Part shown: piece by piece, positions 1 to 9,104 of the stretch
Numbering within the stretch: the first letter of the stretch is position 1
Layout: every line of letters starts with the position of its first letter
IMG/VR virus record: IMGVR_UViG_3300037488_002777
Location: 1-41,941 of that record
Strand: one strand, 5' to 3'
DNA length: 41,941 bases
Source: a virus
Taxonomy: Duplodnaviria > Caudoviricetes
Translations under genes and position numbers: made by a program
The notes under the pieces: model-generated
Seen by the model: only the letters and a program-made list of their open reading frames with translations
Told to the model about the DNA's origin: nothing
The model's database searches: none

Positions 1-2487
1 GGTTCGTTTATTTATGATGTCTTTGCTGTTCCTTTTAGAGCGATTGGTGCTGGGTTGAGTTTTGTGTGGGAGAGTGTGGTTAAGCCGGTTTGGTTTGCGA
101 TTGGTGTTGGGTTGAGTTTTGGGTGGGGGATTATTAGTAAGGGATTTGGGTTGATTGGTTCTGTATTGAGTTTTGCGTGGGGGTTGATTGGTAAGGCGTT
201 TGGGTTGATTGGTGCTGGGTTGAGTTTTTATTGGAATAATATTTTGAAACCAGTGTGGTCTGCGATTGGTGCTGGGTTGAGTTTTGGGTGGGGAATTATT
301 AGTAAGGGATTTGGGTTGATTGGTTCTGTATTGAGTTTTGGTTTTGGGTTGATTGGTTCTGTATTGAGTTTTGGGTGGGGAATTATTAGTAAAGGTTTTG
401 GGTTGATTGGTTCTGTATTGAGTTTTGCGTGGGGGTTGATTGGTAAGGCGTTTGGGTTAATTGGTGCTGGGTTGAGTTTTTGGTGGAATAGTGTTTTGAA
501 ACCCGTGTGGTCTATGATTGGTGCTGGGTTGAGTTGGGTATGGAATAGCGTTTTGAAACCAGTGTGGTCTGCAATTGGTGCTGGGTTGAGTTGGGCAGGG
601 GGAATGTTGGCTGAGTTTTTTGAGCCTGTAACTGAAGCGTTTGGTGAGCTTTGGGCTGAACTCGTACCGATTTTTGATGGTATTGGGGGTGGTTTTTCAG
701 CAATTGGGACAGGGTTAGTTTGGGCTTGGGAGATTATTAGTAATCCGTTGAAGGCAATTGGGACAGGGTTGGTTTTTGCGTGGAATAATATAATTAAGCC
801 TGTGTGGTCTATGATTGGTGCTGGGTTGAGTTGGGCTTGGAATAGTTTGATTAAGCCAGTGTGGTCTATGATTGGTGCTGGGTTGAGTTGGGCTTGGAAT
901 AGTTTGATTAAGCCGATTTGGTCTATGATTGGTGCTGGGTTGAGTTTTTATTGGAATAGTGTGATTAAACCAGTGTTTGGGTTGATTGGTGCTGGGTTGA
1001 GTTTTTATTGGAATAGTGTTTTGAAGCCGATTTGGTCTGTGATTGGTGCTGGTTTGGGTTGGGTGTGGAATAGTGTGATTAAACCAGTGTTTGGGGTGAT
1101 TGGGGCTGGGTTGAGTTTTATGTGGGAGAATGTGCTTAAGCCGGTGTTTGGTGTGATTGGTGCTGGTTTGGGCTGGGTGTGGAATAGTGTTCTGAAACCT
1201 GCTGCGTTTGGTTTAGGTAAGTTGGCTAAGTGGTTGCTTATTGGCCCGCTTGTATTGTTAATTAAGGGTGTCACGAAAACTATTCAGTTTGTGAAGGCTA
1301 TTTTTGATAAGGATACGTGGATTGGTATTTGGATGTTTTTGAAGGATGTGGGTCAGTGGTTGTGGGATAAGTTTACGTGGCCGTTTAGGAAGGCGTGGGA
1401 ACTCTTGAAGGTTGTGGGTCAGTGGTTGTGGGATGGGTTTACGTGGCCATTTAAGAAGGCTTGGGAACTCTTGAAGAATGTTGGTAAGTGGTTGTGGGAT
1501 AAAATTACTTGGCCATTTAAGAAGGCTGCTGAGAAGTTAGGGGAACTTAAAGATTGGTTATTTAATGAGGGTAAAACTGCTCTTGGTCGAATTGTGGATA
1601 CATTCTATGAGTGGGAAGATTGGATGCGGAAGAAGCTTAACATGGCTCCGAGAGAAGGTTCAAAAGAGGAATCTAAAGAAATTCTAAAGGGGAACGTTGG
1701 TTCGGCTCAAGTAGAAAGTAGACTTGGAGTAGAGTCTGCAAGTAATAATTTGTTGGATAAGGGTCCAATGAAAACCGTAGAAAAGTATGGCTCTTTGGTC
1801 CCAGGAGTTGGTACTGCACTTCAAGCTCCCCTGTTGATAAGAAGGTTATATCGTAAAGCTGTTGGTACGGAACATCTTGCAGAACAGCAGAAAAAAGCCA
1901 CAAAGTTTTCAGAGGTAGCTAGTTGGTTAGAGGAGAATAATGGGAAGCAAGCGATAACTCCAGAGATTGATGCTGCCCTTAAAGAGATTGGTAAAGAAAA
2001 TGGGGCGTCTATTGAGGCTTTGTTGCGGGCTAAACATAAGAATCCTGTTGTTCCTGCGGCTACTAAGCCGGTTGAGAAGATGGAACATGGTGGGCAGATT
2101 CTCAGTGATGGTTTGGTGAGTTTGCATGCGGGTGAGGAGGTTGTTCCGGCTAATGTTCAGCGGTTGAAAACGGCGTCTATGTCGACGGTTTATGAGCGTA
2201 TGACGCAGCGGTTTGCGGGGTCGACGGGTGCTGCGAGTGGTGGTGATTTATCTGCGGTTGAGGAGTATAATCGTTTACAATTGGATCAATTGATAATTAT
2301 ACATAATGATATGCGGGAGTTGATTGCTTCTGTTAGTCCTGTTGCGGTGGCGTCGGGTAGTCGTGTAGCTCGTGATGTCCCGCCAGCGTCCTATCCTGAG
2401 TCTCCTGGCTCAACAGGTTATGGTTTGTGGCCAATGGGTCAAAGTAGTGCGAATGCTCAACGGCAATCGCAATACCCGGTTGGATAA
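1..2487 (+). CDS. Tail tape measure protein, C-terminal part (5'-truncated)
   Basis: Frame 1 is open from base 1 (GSFIYDVFAVPF...), so the start lies upstream of the window. It has Trp/Phe-periodic amphipathic repeats of 11/18/19/22 aa, a C-terminal 'GG...LHAGEEVVP' motif typical of TMPs, and sits directly upstream of the baseplate genes. Confidence 0.85.
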   Translation, partial: GSFIYDVFAVPFRAIGAGLSFVWESVVKPVWFAIGVGLSFGWGIISKGFGLIGSVLSFAWGLIGKAFGLIGAGLSFYWNNILKPVWSAIGAGLSFGWGIISKGFGLIGSVLSFGFGLIGSVLSFGWGIISKGFGLIGSVLSFAWGLIGKAFGLIGAGLSFWWNSVLKPVWSMIGAGLSWVWNSVLKPVWSAIGAGLSWAGGMLAEFFEPVTEAFGELWAELVPIFDGIGGGFSAIGTGLVWAWEIISNPLKAIGTGLVFAWNNIIKPVWSMIGAGLSWAWNSLIKPVWSMIGAGLSWAWNSLIKPIWSMIGAGLSFYWNSVIKPVFGLIGAGLSFYWNSVLKPIWSVIGAGLGWVWNSVIKPVFGVIGAGLSFMWENVLKPVFGVIGAGLGWVWNSVLKPAAFGLGKLAKWLLIGPLVLLIKGVTKTIQFVKAIFDKDTWIGIWMFLKDVGQWLWDKFTWPFRKAWELLKVVGQWLWDGFTWPFKKAWELLKNVGKWLWDKITWPFKKAAEKLGELKDWLFNEGKTALGRIVDTFYEWEDWMRKKLNMAPREGSKEESKEILKGNVGSAQVESRLGVESASNNLLDKGPMKTVEKYGSLVPGVGTALQAPLLIRRLYRKAVGTEHLAEQQKKATKFSEVASWLEENNGKQAITPEIDAALKEIGKENGASIEALLRAKHKNPVVPAATKPVEKMEHGGQILSDGLVSLHAGEEVVPANVQRLKTASMSTVYERMTQRFAGSTGAASGGDLSAVEEYNRLQLDQLIIIHNDMRELIASVSPVAVASGSRVARDVPPASYPESPGSTGYGLWPMGQSSANAQRQSQYPVG
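40..1530 (+). repeat. Coding tandem repeats within the tape measure gene (54/57/33/66 bp units)
   Basis: tggaatagtttgattaagcc occurs at 838 and 895 (57 bp period). A block of about 165 bp is duplicated at about 103 and 268. WDKFTWPF-type 22-aa units occur at about 1360-1530. Confidence 0.9.
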
Positions 2488-2514
2488 GTAAAATAAATTG
2501 ATAAGAGGTACCAC

Positions 2515-3099
2515 ATGGCATTTGCTATAGCAACACAAAATGATGGGTCCTTGAACAAGATTCAGGGGTGTTCCTTGACAATTCCCTCGTTTGGTGCCAA
2601 GGATGGTAATAATAAATCAGAGTTCAAGGGACAGAAAATTGAGTTCAAGATTCTACCGGATATATCAGATCAGAAGACTGCTAGTTATACTACGGATCTT
2701 ATTATGGGTCGTACTAGCCCGATGAAGAATTATGTCGCGTCGGATGAACGTACTCTTGGTATTATATTTCATTTTATTACTACTGGTCCTGATGATACAG
2801 CAGCCAATATTAGAATAGTACGGTTGATTCAGGCGATGGTGTATCCGCGTAATGCTGATGTTCAAATGGGTGTGCCTTATATACCGCCTCCTGTTTGCAG
2901 ATTTCAGTGTGGTAAATTATTAAGTAAGGATGCGTTATGTGTCGTGTTGAAGAATTACTCTCTTAAGTTACCTACAGATGTTGCATGGGATGAAAATTAC
3001 CTTTGTCCCGTTAAGTTTGACTTGGATACTAGCTGGGATGTGGTTTTTGCTAGTTCTGAGTTGCCAGGGGCCAATAATATCATTTCATTTGAGGATTAA
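2515..3099 (+). CDS. Tail tube-like/baseplate tube initiator (T4 gp48/gp54, CIS tube-2-like)
   Basis: Motif pattern 'ISDQK.A.Y....I.GR.SP...Y..S..RT', 'YP.......PPP.C.F..G'; position after the TMP; SD AAGAGG. Confidence 0.65.
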   Translation: MAFAIATQNDGSLNKIQGCSLTIPSFGAKDGNNKSEFKGQKIEFKILPDISDQKTASYTTDLIMGRTSPMKNYVASDERTLGIIFHFITTGPDDTAANIRIVRLIQAMVYPRNADVQMGVPYIPPPVCRFQCGKLLSKDALCVVLKNYSLKLPTDVAWDENYLCPVKFDLDTSWDVVFASSELPGANNIISFED

Positions 3100-3100
3100 T

Positions 3101-3424
3101 ATGCCAAGTATTGAATACACTAATTATATTCCTACAGATGGGTTTGTATCTATGGGCAGTCGTTACGCAAATGCGACAGTGATTTATTGGGGGCCTCTGC
3201 GAAAGATCACTTTTACGACTTATAAGAAACGAAGCTACTCGTATGGTTCAGAGGATAAGTATGCAATTATTCCTCCTGGTATGGAGTTTCGTCCTGATAA
3301 GATGTCTTCTTCAGTGTATGGTGTTCCTGATTTCTGGTGGAAGATTCTTGAGGCAAATTATATGAAGGATATTTACGATTTTAAGGCAGGTGTGAATGTG
3401 CGATTGCCTGCTATTGGGTTGTAG
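3101..3424 (+). CDS. Baseplate wedge gp53/LysM (tail X)-like protein
   Basis: 'RPDKMS..VYG.PDFWWKILEAN....I.D...G...RLP' pattern. The ATG at 3101 follows SD GAGGA; the 2978 start in the ORF track overlaps the previous gene. Confidence 0.75.
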   Translation: MPSIEYTNYIPTDGFVSMGSRYANATVIYWGPLRKITFTTYKKRSYSYGSEDKYAIIPPGMEFRPDKMSSSVYGVPDFWWKILEANYMKDIYDFKAGVNVRLPAIGL

Positions 3425-3432
3425 GGAGCATT

Positions 3433-5100
3433 ATGGCTGATGTTACGAAAGAATATGTTGATGGGCAAAGAAACTCGCCATCTATGCCGGGAGGGTACGG
3501 TGATGGTCGTGATTGTTTAAAGTTTGCGGGGGAGCGTTTTAAAGATTATACGGCAAATACACCTCCTGATGCTGCTGTATTGTCTCCTTGGGTTGTTGTA
3601 AAATTGAAAGGTGTGGATGGGTTTGAGATTAAGGTGGGTAATAATTCATCTAGTATGAGGCATTCTGAGGCTTCTCAAAGTGGTGATACTGGGGCTCATC
3701 CACATGCTGCTGTGACGAGTCTAGAGTACGGATTGTCTAACGGGGGAGAGGGGAAAATTGAGATCGTGGATGAAATGGGTGGGAGTTTTACAACCTTTTT
3801 TCAGCGTGGTCTAGTTAAGTCAATTGATAACGTGGGTGAGTCTACTGTAGTTGAAGTGAATTTTGGATGGATTGGGGTAAAGTGTAACGGTGAGCTTCTT
3901 CGGTACCCAGAAGTAGATGATTGGACGGTATATCTTAATTTGTTAGATATTGATGTGAATATTAGTGAGGGGAAGATTAAGTATGTGCTAAATTGTGTGG
4001 ATATTATGAATATTTCGGTCGTAGCACCGCAAACTGCTGATTCACCAGCTATGTCTTTGAAGAAAGCTATTATAACATTATTGGAAGATAAAGACCCAAA
4101 GATGGATGTGGCTTTTTTGAGGAAAGCTCAGGACGGTGGACCTCCTCAAGAATGGAAATTTCCGGCTGCTCATAATAAAAAAGCGGATGAAAATGGGAAT
4201 GGTGGGTCTGATGGTGAAGGACCAGTTAATGTTTGGAAGACTGAGAATGATACGAAGTTGGCAATCATTCAAAAATGGTTAGCTGATTTTCCTACGGAGA
4301 ATGGCAATGGTGTTACGCCTACTTGTGATCCTTGCAGGGGTAAACCTGTATTGCTTCTTTGGGAAGGGAGTGAGGATACTACTAAGGATAACACGCTAGT
4401 TCCTCCAGTATCTGACGCTAGGAATCCAACTTTTATAGTGAATGGCGGAAAGTGTTCTAATGTGATCTCTTTTGCTCCGAATATGAATTTTGTTGCTGCT
4501 TTTTTCATGCAACAAAACTCTGGTTCTGGGGGTTCTGTAGTTTCAAATGAAACAATAAAAGGTCCGTCTGGTGCTCCTGGTTCAACTATTGCAAACGCCA
4601 AGGATAAAACAGAAATTGGTCAACAAGTTGCAATTCCGTTAACTAATGCGGCTGTTGATGCTTATGGCGGTGATGCATCTAAAAAGACTACGGAAGCAAA
4701 TGTGGCACAATCAAAGGCTAATGCACCTTTTGAAGTAGCTAATCCTATTGAGGCAGAATTAAAGATCATTGGGAATCCAAGTCGTCAATTTGTAGATATA
4801 AGACGTTTTTTTAATACTACGGTAACGATCATTTTTATTAATCCATTTACGATTGATAAGAATACACAATCTCCGAGTTTAGATGATAACTTATGTGGGG
4901 ATTGGTTAGCTGTACCAGCGATTAATCCGATTTTAACGAATAATCGTTGGTGGGTACAGGGAATTAATCATAGTCTTCGTGATGGTAAATATACTACGAC
5001 AATGAAATTATTTTTGCAAGGTCCGGGTATTCAATTGGCTGCTGGAACGCCACTTGGTGGTGATCCAAATGCCCCGGTTATTGATGGAGCACAAACATGA
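3433..5100 (+). CDS. Baseplate hub protein (gp27/GpD-like)
   Basis: C-terminal 'AELKIIGNP' and 'WWVQGINHSL..G.YTT.MKL' resemble gp27/late control D; synteny; SD GGAG. Confidence 0.65.
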   Translation: MADVTKEYVDGQRNSPSMPGGYGDGRDCLKFAGERFKDYTANTPPDAAVLSPWVVVKLKGVDGFEIKVGNNSSSMRHSEASQSGDTGAHPHAAVTSLEYGLSNGGEGKIEIVDEMGGSFTTFFQRGLVKSIDNVGESTVVEVNFGWIGVKCNGELLRYPEVDDWTVYLNLLDIDVNISEGKIKYVLNCVDIMNISVVAPQTADSPAMSLKKAIITLLEDKDPKMDVAFLRKAQDGGPPQEWKFPAAHNKKADENGNGGSDGEGPVNVWKTENDTKLAIIQKWLADFPTENGNGVTPTCDPCRGKPVLLLWEGSEDTTKDNTLVPPVSDARNPTFIVNGGKCSNVISFAPNMNFVAAFFMQQNSGSGGSVVSNETIKGPSGAPGSTIANAKDKTEIGQQVAIPLTNAAVDAYGGDASKKTTEANVAQSKANAPFEVANPIEAELKIIGNPSRQFVDIRRFFNTTVTIIFINPFTIDKNTQSPSLDDNLCGDWLAVPAINPILTNNRWWVQGINHSLRDGKYTTTMKLFLQGPGIQLAAGTPLGGDPNAPVIDGAQT

Positions 5101-7139
5101 GCGAAACGTTAATAGGACGGTTACAAAAAGTAGAGAAGCAACTGCGGCAATTTAGTGCTAAATTTGGCGAGATTGGTTTTGATACAAAAAAGGTGGTGAC
5201 GAGCGAGTTTAAAAAGCGTTGGCGTACTATGTACCAAGCACCGTCTTATTATGGTTTGTACCTTGCTGTTTGTGTGGATACTGTGGACCCCATGCAACAA
5301 GGTCGTGTCCGATTCTTTAATCCATTTATGAATCATCCTGATACAACGGCTGATACTTTGAGTTGGGCTTGGCCAGTCTCTACGATGGGTGGTTTTGATG
5401 ATTCTGGGTGTAATTGGGTGCCGCCTGCTGGGTCTATGTTGGTGATGGCTTTTGATCGTGGGCATCGTGGAGCAGCATTTTATCTTGGAACCACTTGGTC
5501 TCGTTATCGAGGGCCACAATCAGAGACGAATTTCAACTTTGATATTCGAGAGTACTATAAGATTCATAATGGACATCGTAAGGGTTACTTAGTTGGTCAG
5601 AATGATGAGTCACAAGTTCTACCACCTTGGAATACAGAAAATTATAACACGTTTGATTATAATAGTACTTTAGATTATGAGAAAGACCCTGATTTTAAAA
5701 AGAATCAGACTTACCCACACATCTATGGTTTTAAAACACCACAGAAGCATATGGTGAAGATGGTGGATGGGAATTATAAGTGTAATCATAAATGGAAGCG
5801 GTTTGAATTGTTGTCCAGTTGTGGTGGGCATATGATCTTCAAAGATGACCACTTGCATCCCGCTATTCAGTGGACTAATCCTAATCTTCAGGGAGAGCAA
5901 AATGGTCCTGGTAAATCTTGTAATGATAAGGATGGTAATCCGATTGAGAAACCAGAGCAGTGTCCGGTGGAAGATGTAGATAGTCAGAAGACTCCGAGGA
6001 ATCCTTATTTTAAGCATCGTAATGAGGCTCGTCCTTATATTGGTCCGGGGACTCCGCAGAATAACAAGGTAGAGTTAGAGCAGACGGGGTGGCAGGTTTT
6101 ATCGATTTCTGGGCATACGATGATTATGGATGATTCGGTGGAGGAGCCGCAGGGTGTTCCAAATTGGGAGCGGAGTCAACAGAGTTTTGATTTTGGTTGT
6201 ACGGATAAGTTTTTGGGTTTTACGAAGATTATTTCGGCTACGGGGCATTTGTTTGAGATTAGTGATCGTGAGGCAGAAACTGAGCTTCGTGGTGAAGAGA
6301 ATTATATGCGGTTGAAAACGGCTTTGGGTAATTCTATTGAGTTGAATGATCATAGTGTTAAGGATAAATTGGCTGGTAAGTATCGTGGGATTACGATGCG
6401 GAGCACGAGTAATCATAGTTTTGAGATGATTGATAATTTGAATGAGCAGGGGGAGATGAACCGTACGGGTGGTCAGGAACCGGATAATAAGGCTCGGAGA
6501 GCATTTGTCAAAGTAAGAACTGGGTATGGTTTGGAGATTGCTTTGAATGATTGTTTACCTTCGACTCAGGCGGGTTCGGGGGCGGATGGTAGTCAGACGG
6601 AGACGATTAATCAGCATATTCAGATTTTTTGTCCGCAGAAGGATAATACGAAGCGAGGACCACATATTATGCGGTTTCAGGAGGTTAAGGATGGTCCGGG
6701 GCAAGTGTTTCTGAGAGTGGGTGGGGATTATGTTTGTTCTACGTATGATAATCATGTGACCGTGGTTGGGGATAAGGATGAGAATCCGTCGAATAAGATT
6801 ACGGAAGTTAGTCAGCATACGGTAATTAGTACGGAGAAATTCTATTATAATGCTGCGGAAACTCATGCTTTTATAGCTAAGAAATTGATTTTTTTGATGG
6901 CGGGGGAGGATTGTGTGCCGGTGAGTGGTGATAAGTGTCAGCCGTGTGTGTGGCCGGTGTTATGTTTGTCTCCGAAGGGGGTTACGATTAGTGATCGAGT
7001 TTATGTTTCGGCTTCACCGGATGCTGAGTGTGCGAGCATCTTCCATATGCTGCCGTTCCATAGTTGCACGCCTTGGAAAAAGTGTAATGCTGCTGAGCTT
7101 ACTCCTCAGGTGCAAGAGCCTAGCAATGGAGGTGTTTGA
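5097..7139 (+). CDS. Baseplate central spike (T4 gp5/VgrG OB-fold)
   Basis: 'V..VDP.QQGRVRF...WAWP....GG....G...VPP.GS.L.MAF.RG......LG' is the gp5 OB-fold signature. Repeated 'T..GH....DD' beta-helix motifs follow. Confidence 0.85.
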   Translation: MSETLIGRLQKVEKQLRQFSAKFGEIGFDTKKVVTSEFKKRWRTMYQAPSYYGLYLAVCVDTVDPMQQGRVRFFNPFMNHPDTTADTLSWAWPVSTMGGFDDSGCNWVPPAGSMLVMAFDRGHRGAAFYLGTTWSRYRGPQSETNFNFDIREYYKIHNGHRKGYLVGQNDESQVLPPWNTENYNTFDYNSTLDYEKDPDFKKNQTYPHIYGFKTPQKHMVKMVDGNYKCNHKWKRFELLSSCGGHMIFKDDHLHPAIQWTNPNLQGEQNGPGKSCNDKDGNPIEKPEQCPVEDVDSQKTPRNPYFKHRNEARPYIGPGTPQNNKVELEQTGWQVLSISGHTMIMDDSVEEPQGVPNWERSQQSFDFGCTDKFLGFTKIISATGHLFEISDREAETELRGEENYMRLKTALGNSIELNDHSVKDKLAGKYRGITMRSTSNHSFEMIDNLNEQGEMNRTGGQEPDNKARRAFVKVRTGYGLEIALNDCLPSTQAGSGADGSQTETINQHIQIFCPQKDNTKRGPHIMRFQEVKDGPGQVFLRVGGDYVCSTYDNHVTVVGDKDENPSNKITEVSQHTVISTEKFYYNAAETHAFIAKKLIFLMAGEDCVPVSGDKCQPCVWPVLCLSPKGVTISDRVYVSASPDAECASIFHMLPFHSCTPWKKCNAAELTPQVQEPSNGGV

Positions 7140-7537
7140 TGTTGTCAGGAATGCCTTATCCAATTGTAAAGTATCCTCTGGGATTTCTTTTTTCTCAGAA
7201 GGATTTAGATCAGGTTCGTTCGGATTTGTTAGTATTATTGTTGACGAATCCGGGGGAGCGGGTGATGTTGCCTGATTTTGGTACGCCTCTAAGGAGTTTG
7301 TTGTTTGAACCTAATGATCCAACTGTAGAAACACAAGCTCGTGAAATGGTTATTAATTCCATTTCTAAGTGGGAACCACGTATTACTATTAAAGATATCA
7401 CGGTGAGCAGTGGGGGAAATGGAATGGATACGGGTACTGACTCGGATCATGTACTGGGAATATCCATTGATTTTTTTAATCCGGGGAAGATTGCGGACGT
7501 TCAGACATTGCGTTTGGAAATACCAATAAATAGCTAG
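7139..7537 (+). CDS. Baseplate wedge gp25/GpW-like sheath initiator
   Basis: 'LLLTNPGERVMLPDFGTPLRSLLFEP...I..WEPRI' canonical GPW/gp25 motif; SD GGAGG before ATG 7139. Confidence 0.93.
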   Translation: MLSGMPYPIVKYPLGFLFSQKDLDQVRSDLLVLLLTNPGERVMLPDFGTPLRSLLFEPNDPTVETQAREMVINSISKWEPRITIKDITVSSGGNGMDTGTDSDHVLGISIDFFNPGKIADVQTLRLEIPINS

Positions 7538-7544
7538 GAGAATT

Positions 7545-9104
7545 ATGTCATCATCAGTAAATTTCACTCCTTATTCTGTTTCGGGGCTTGTAAAAACGCC
7601 TCAAATAACGAATATAAATTATACGAACCAGGATTTCTGGTCTATGAAGTCTAGGTTAGTTGACTTTATAAAAGAAAAGTTCGGACCTACTGGCACGGTT
7701 CTTCCCAACACGTTCAATGATTTCGTGGAGGGATCTGTAGCTATTATGTTGATTGAAAATTGGGCATTCCTCGCGGATACTTTGTCTTTCAAGATGGACC
7801 AGATCGTGAATGAGTTGTTTATTGATACGGTCTCGGAACCGGATAATGCTTTTCGTTTAGCAAGGTTAGTGGGATTTGAACCGCAACCACCTATTGGGTC
7901 CACCTCTTTATGGACGGGGACACTTAATGCGGCTTATACGACTGATATAATAATTCCGACTCCTGTTCAAGTGGATGTAACGATTGGATCTACACCGATT
8001 ACTATTGAGCTTTTCCCTGCAAATTCAAATAATGAACCAATGTTTGATACGGATATCATCATCCCTGCTGGGAGTCGTGTGAATTCTAGTATCATTGGGT
8101 TAGAGGGTAGAACTTATGTGGCGGCTTTCACGGGGTCAGGTGATATTTCTCAGACTTTAACTCTACCACTATACCCAGTGCTTTATGAGTCAATCCAGGT
8201 TCAGTTGAATGGTCAGATTTGGACTCGGGTAGATTCGTTTACGGATTCTCAGCCTCGTACTGAGTATCGTGTAGAGTTTGATTCTGCTTACAGAGCGTAT
8301 ATCATTTTTGGAAATAATCGAGCTGGGCTCATTCCTCCATTGGGTTCTGCGATCCAAATACGATATCGAGTGGGTGGTGGTACGATTGGGAATATTGTTA
8401 CAGGGTACGTGGAGACTCAAAAGCTCGGATCTACAGTGGGAGTCATTCCGGGGATTCCGGTAGCATTTAGGAACTATACGCGGGGAAAGAATGGTTATAA
8501 CGGTGATACGATTGATGATGTGCGGAGGAAGTTGCCGTTGTGGGTTAAGACACAGGATCGGGCTGTTTCAGGTCAGGATTACAAAGTTTTAGTGGATCAG
8601 TTTGTGACGCCATATCATGGGATGATTGGTAAGTCTACTGCATTGCTCCGAAATTACGGTTGTTCGGGGAATGTAATTGACGTGTACATATTAGCTCGGG
8701 ATGGACAGGGACTTGTAAAGGCTTCAGATGAGTTAAAAGAAGATTTGCGGAAGGAACTAGAGCAGAAGAAGATGTTGACGGATTACGTGTGTATTCGAGA
8801 CGGGTTTATCATTTATGCGGATGTGACAATGGAACTCACTTTGGATCGTTCTTATCGTAAGTTTGAAACTGAGATTCGGGAGAATGTGGCTCAACGGATG
8901 AATAATTTCTTTTCTCTCAATAATTGGGAATATGGGAAGACTTTGAAGGATACTGATTTAATTAAGGAAATTTCTGATTTAAAACAGATCAGTGATTTTC
9001 ATACTGTTTTCAAGACGAGTGATCAGCAAGGTGCAACAATTACTACGAAGCTCAATGAGATCCTGAGACCTGGAACAATCAGTATTTCAATGATTTATGA
9101 CTAA
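7545..9104 (+). CDS. Baseplate wedge gp6/baseplate J-like protein
   Basis: 'NYTNQDF..MKSRL', 'LSF..DQ..NELFIDT', 'I.FGNN..G.IPP', 'Y.VGGG..GN', 'QDRAVS.QDY'. Confidence 0.9.
   Translation: MSSSVNFTPYSVSGLVKTPQITNINYTNQDFWSMKSRLVDFIKEKFGPTGTVLPNTFNDFVEGSVAIMLIENWAFLADTLSFKMDQIVNELFIDTVSEPDNAFRLARLVGFEPQPPIGSTSLWTGTLNAAYTTDIIIPTPVQVDVTIGSTPITIELFPANSNNEPMFDTDIIIPAGSRVNSSIIGLEGRTYVAAFTGSGDISQTLTLPLYPVLYESIQVQLNGQIWTRVDSFTDSQPRTEYRVEFDSAYRAYIIFGNNRAGLIPPLGSAIQIRYRVGGGTIGNIVTGYVETQKLGSTVGVIPGIPVAFRNYTRGKNGYNGDTIDDVRRKLPLWVKTQDRAVSGQDYKVLVDQFVTPYHGMIGKSTALLRNYGCSGNVIDVYILARDGQGLVKASDELKEDLRKELEQKKMLTDYVCIRDGFIIYADVTMELTLDRSYRKFETEIRENVAQRMNNFFSLNNWEYGKTLKDTDLIKEISDLKQISDFHTVFKTSDQQGATITTKLNEILRPGTISISMIYD

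Noticed and set aside
40-1530. Regularly spaced repeats as a CRISPR array
   Set aside because: The repeats are in-frame coding units with synonymous variation and no unique spacers.
2978-3100. Track start for the gp53-like gene; likewise 12674, 15317 and 26971
   Set aside because: These extensions overlap upstream genes or a terminator; downstream ATGs have better SD or coupling.
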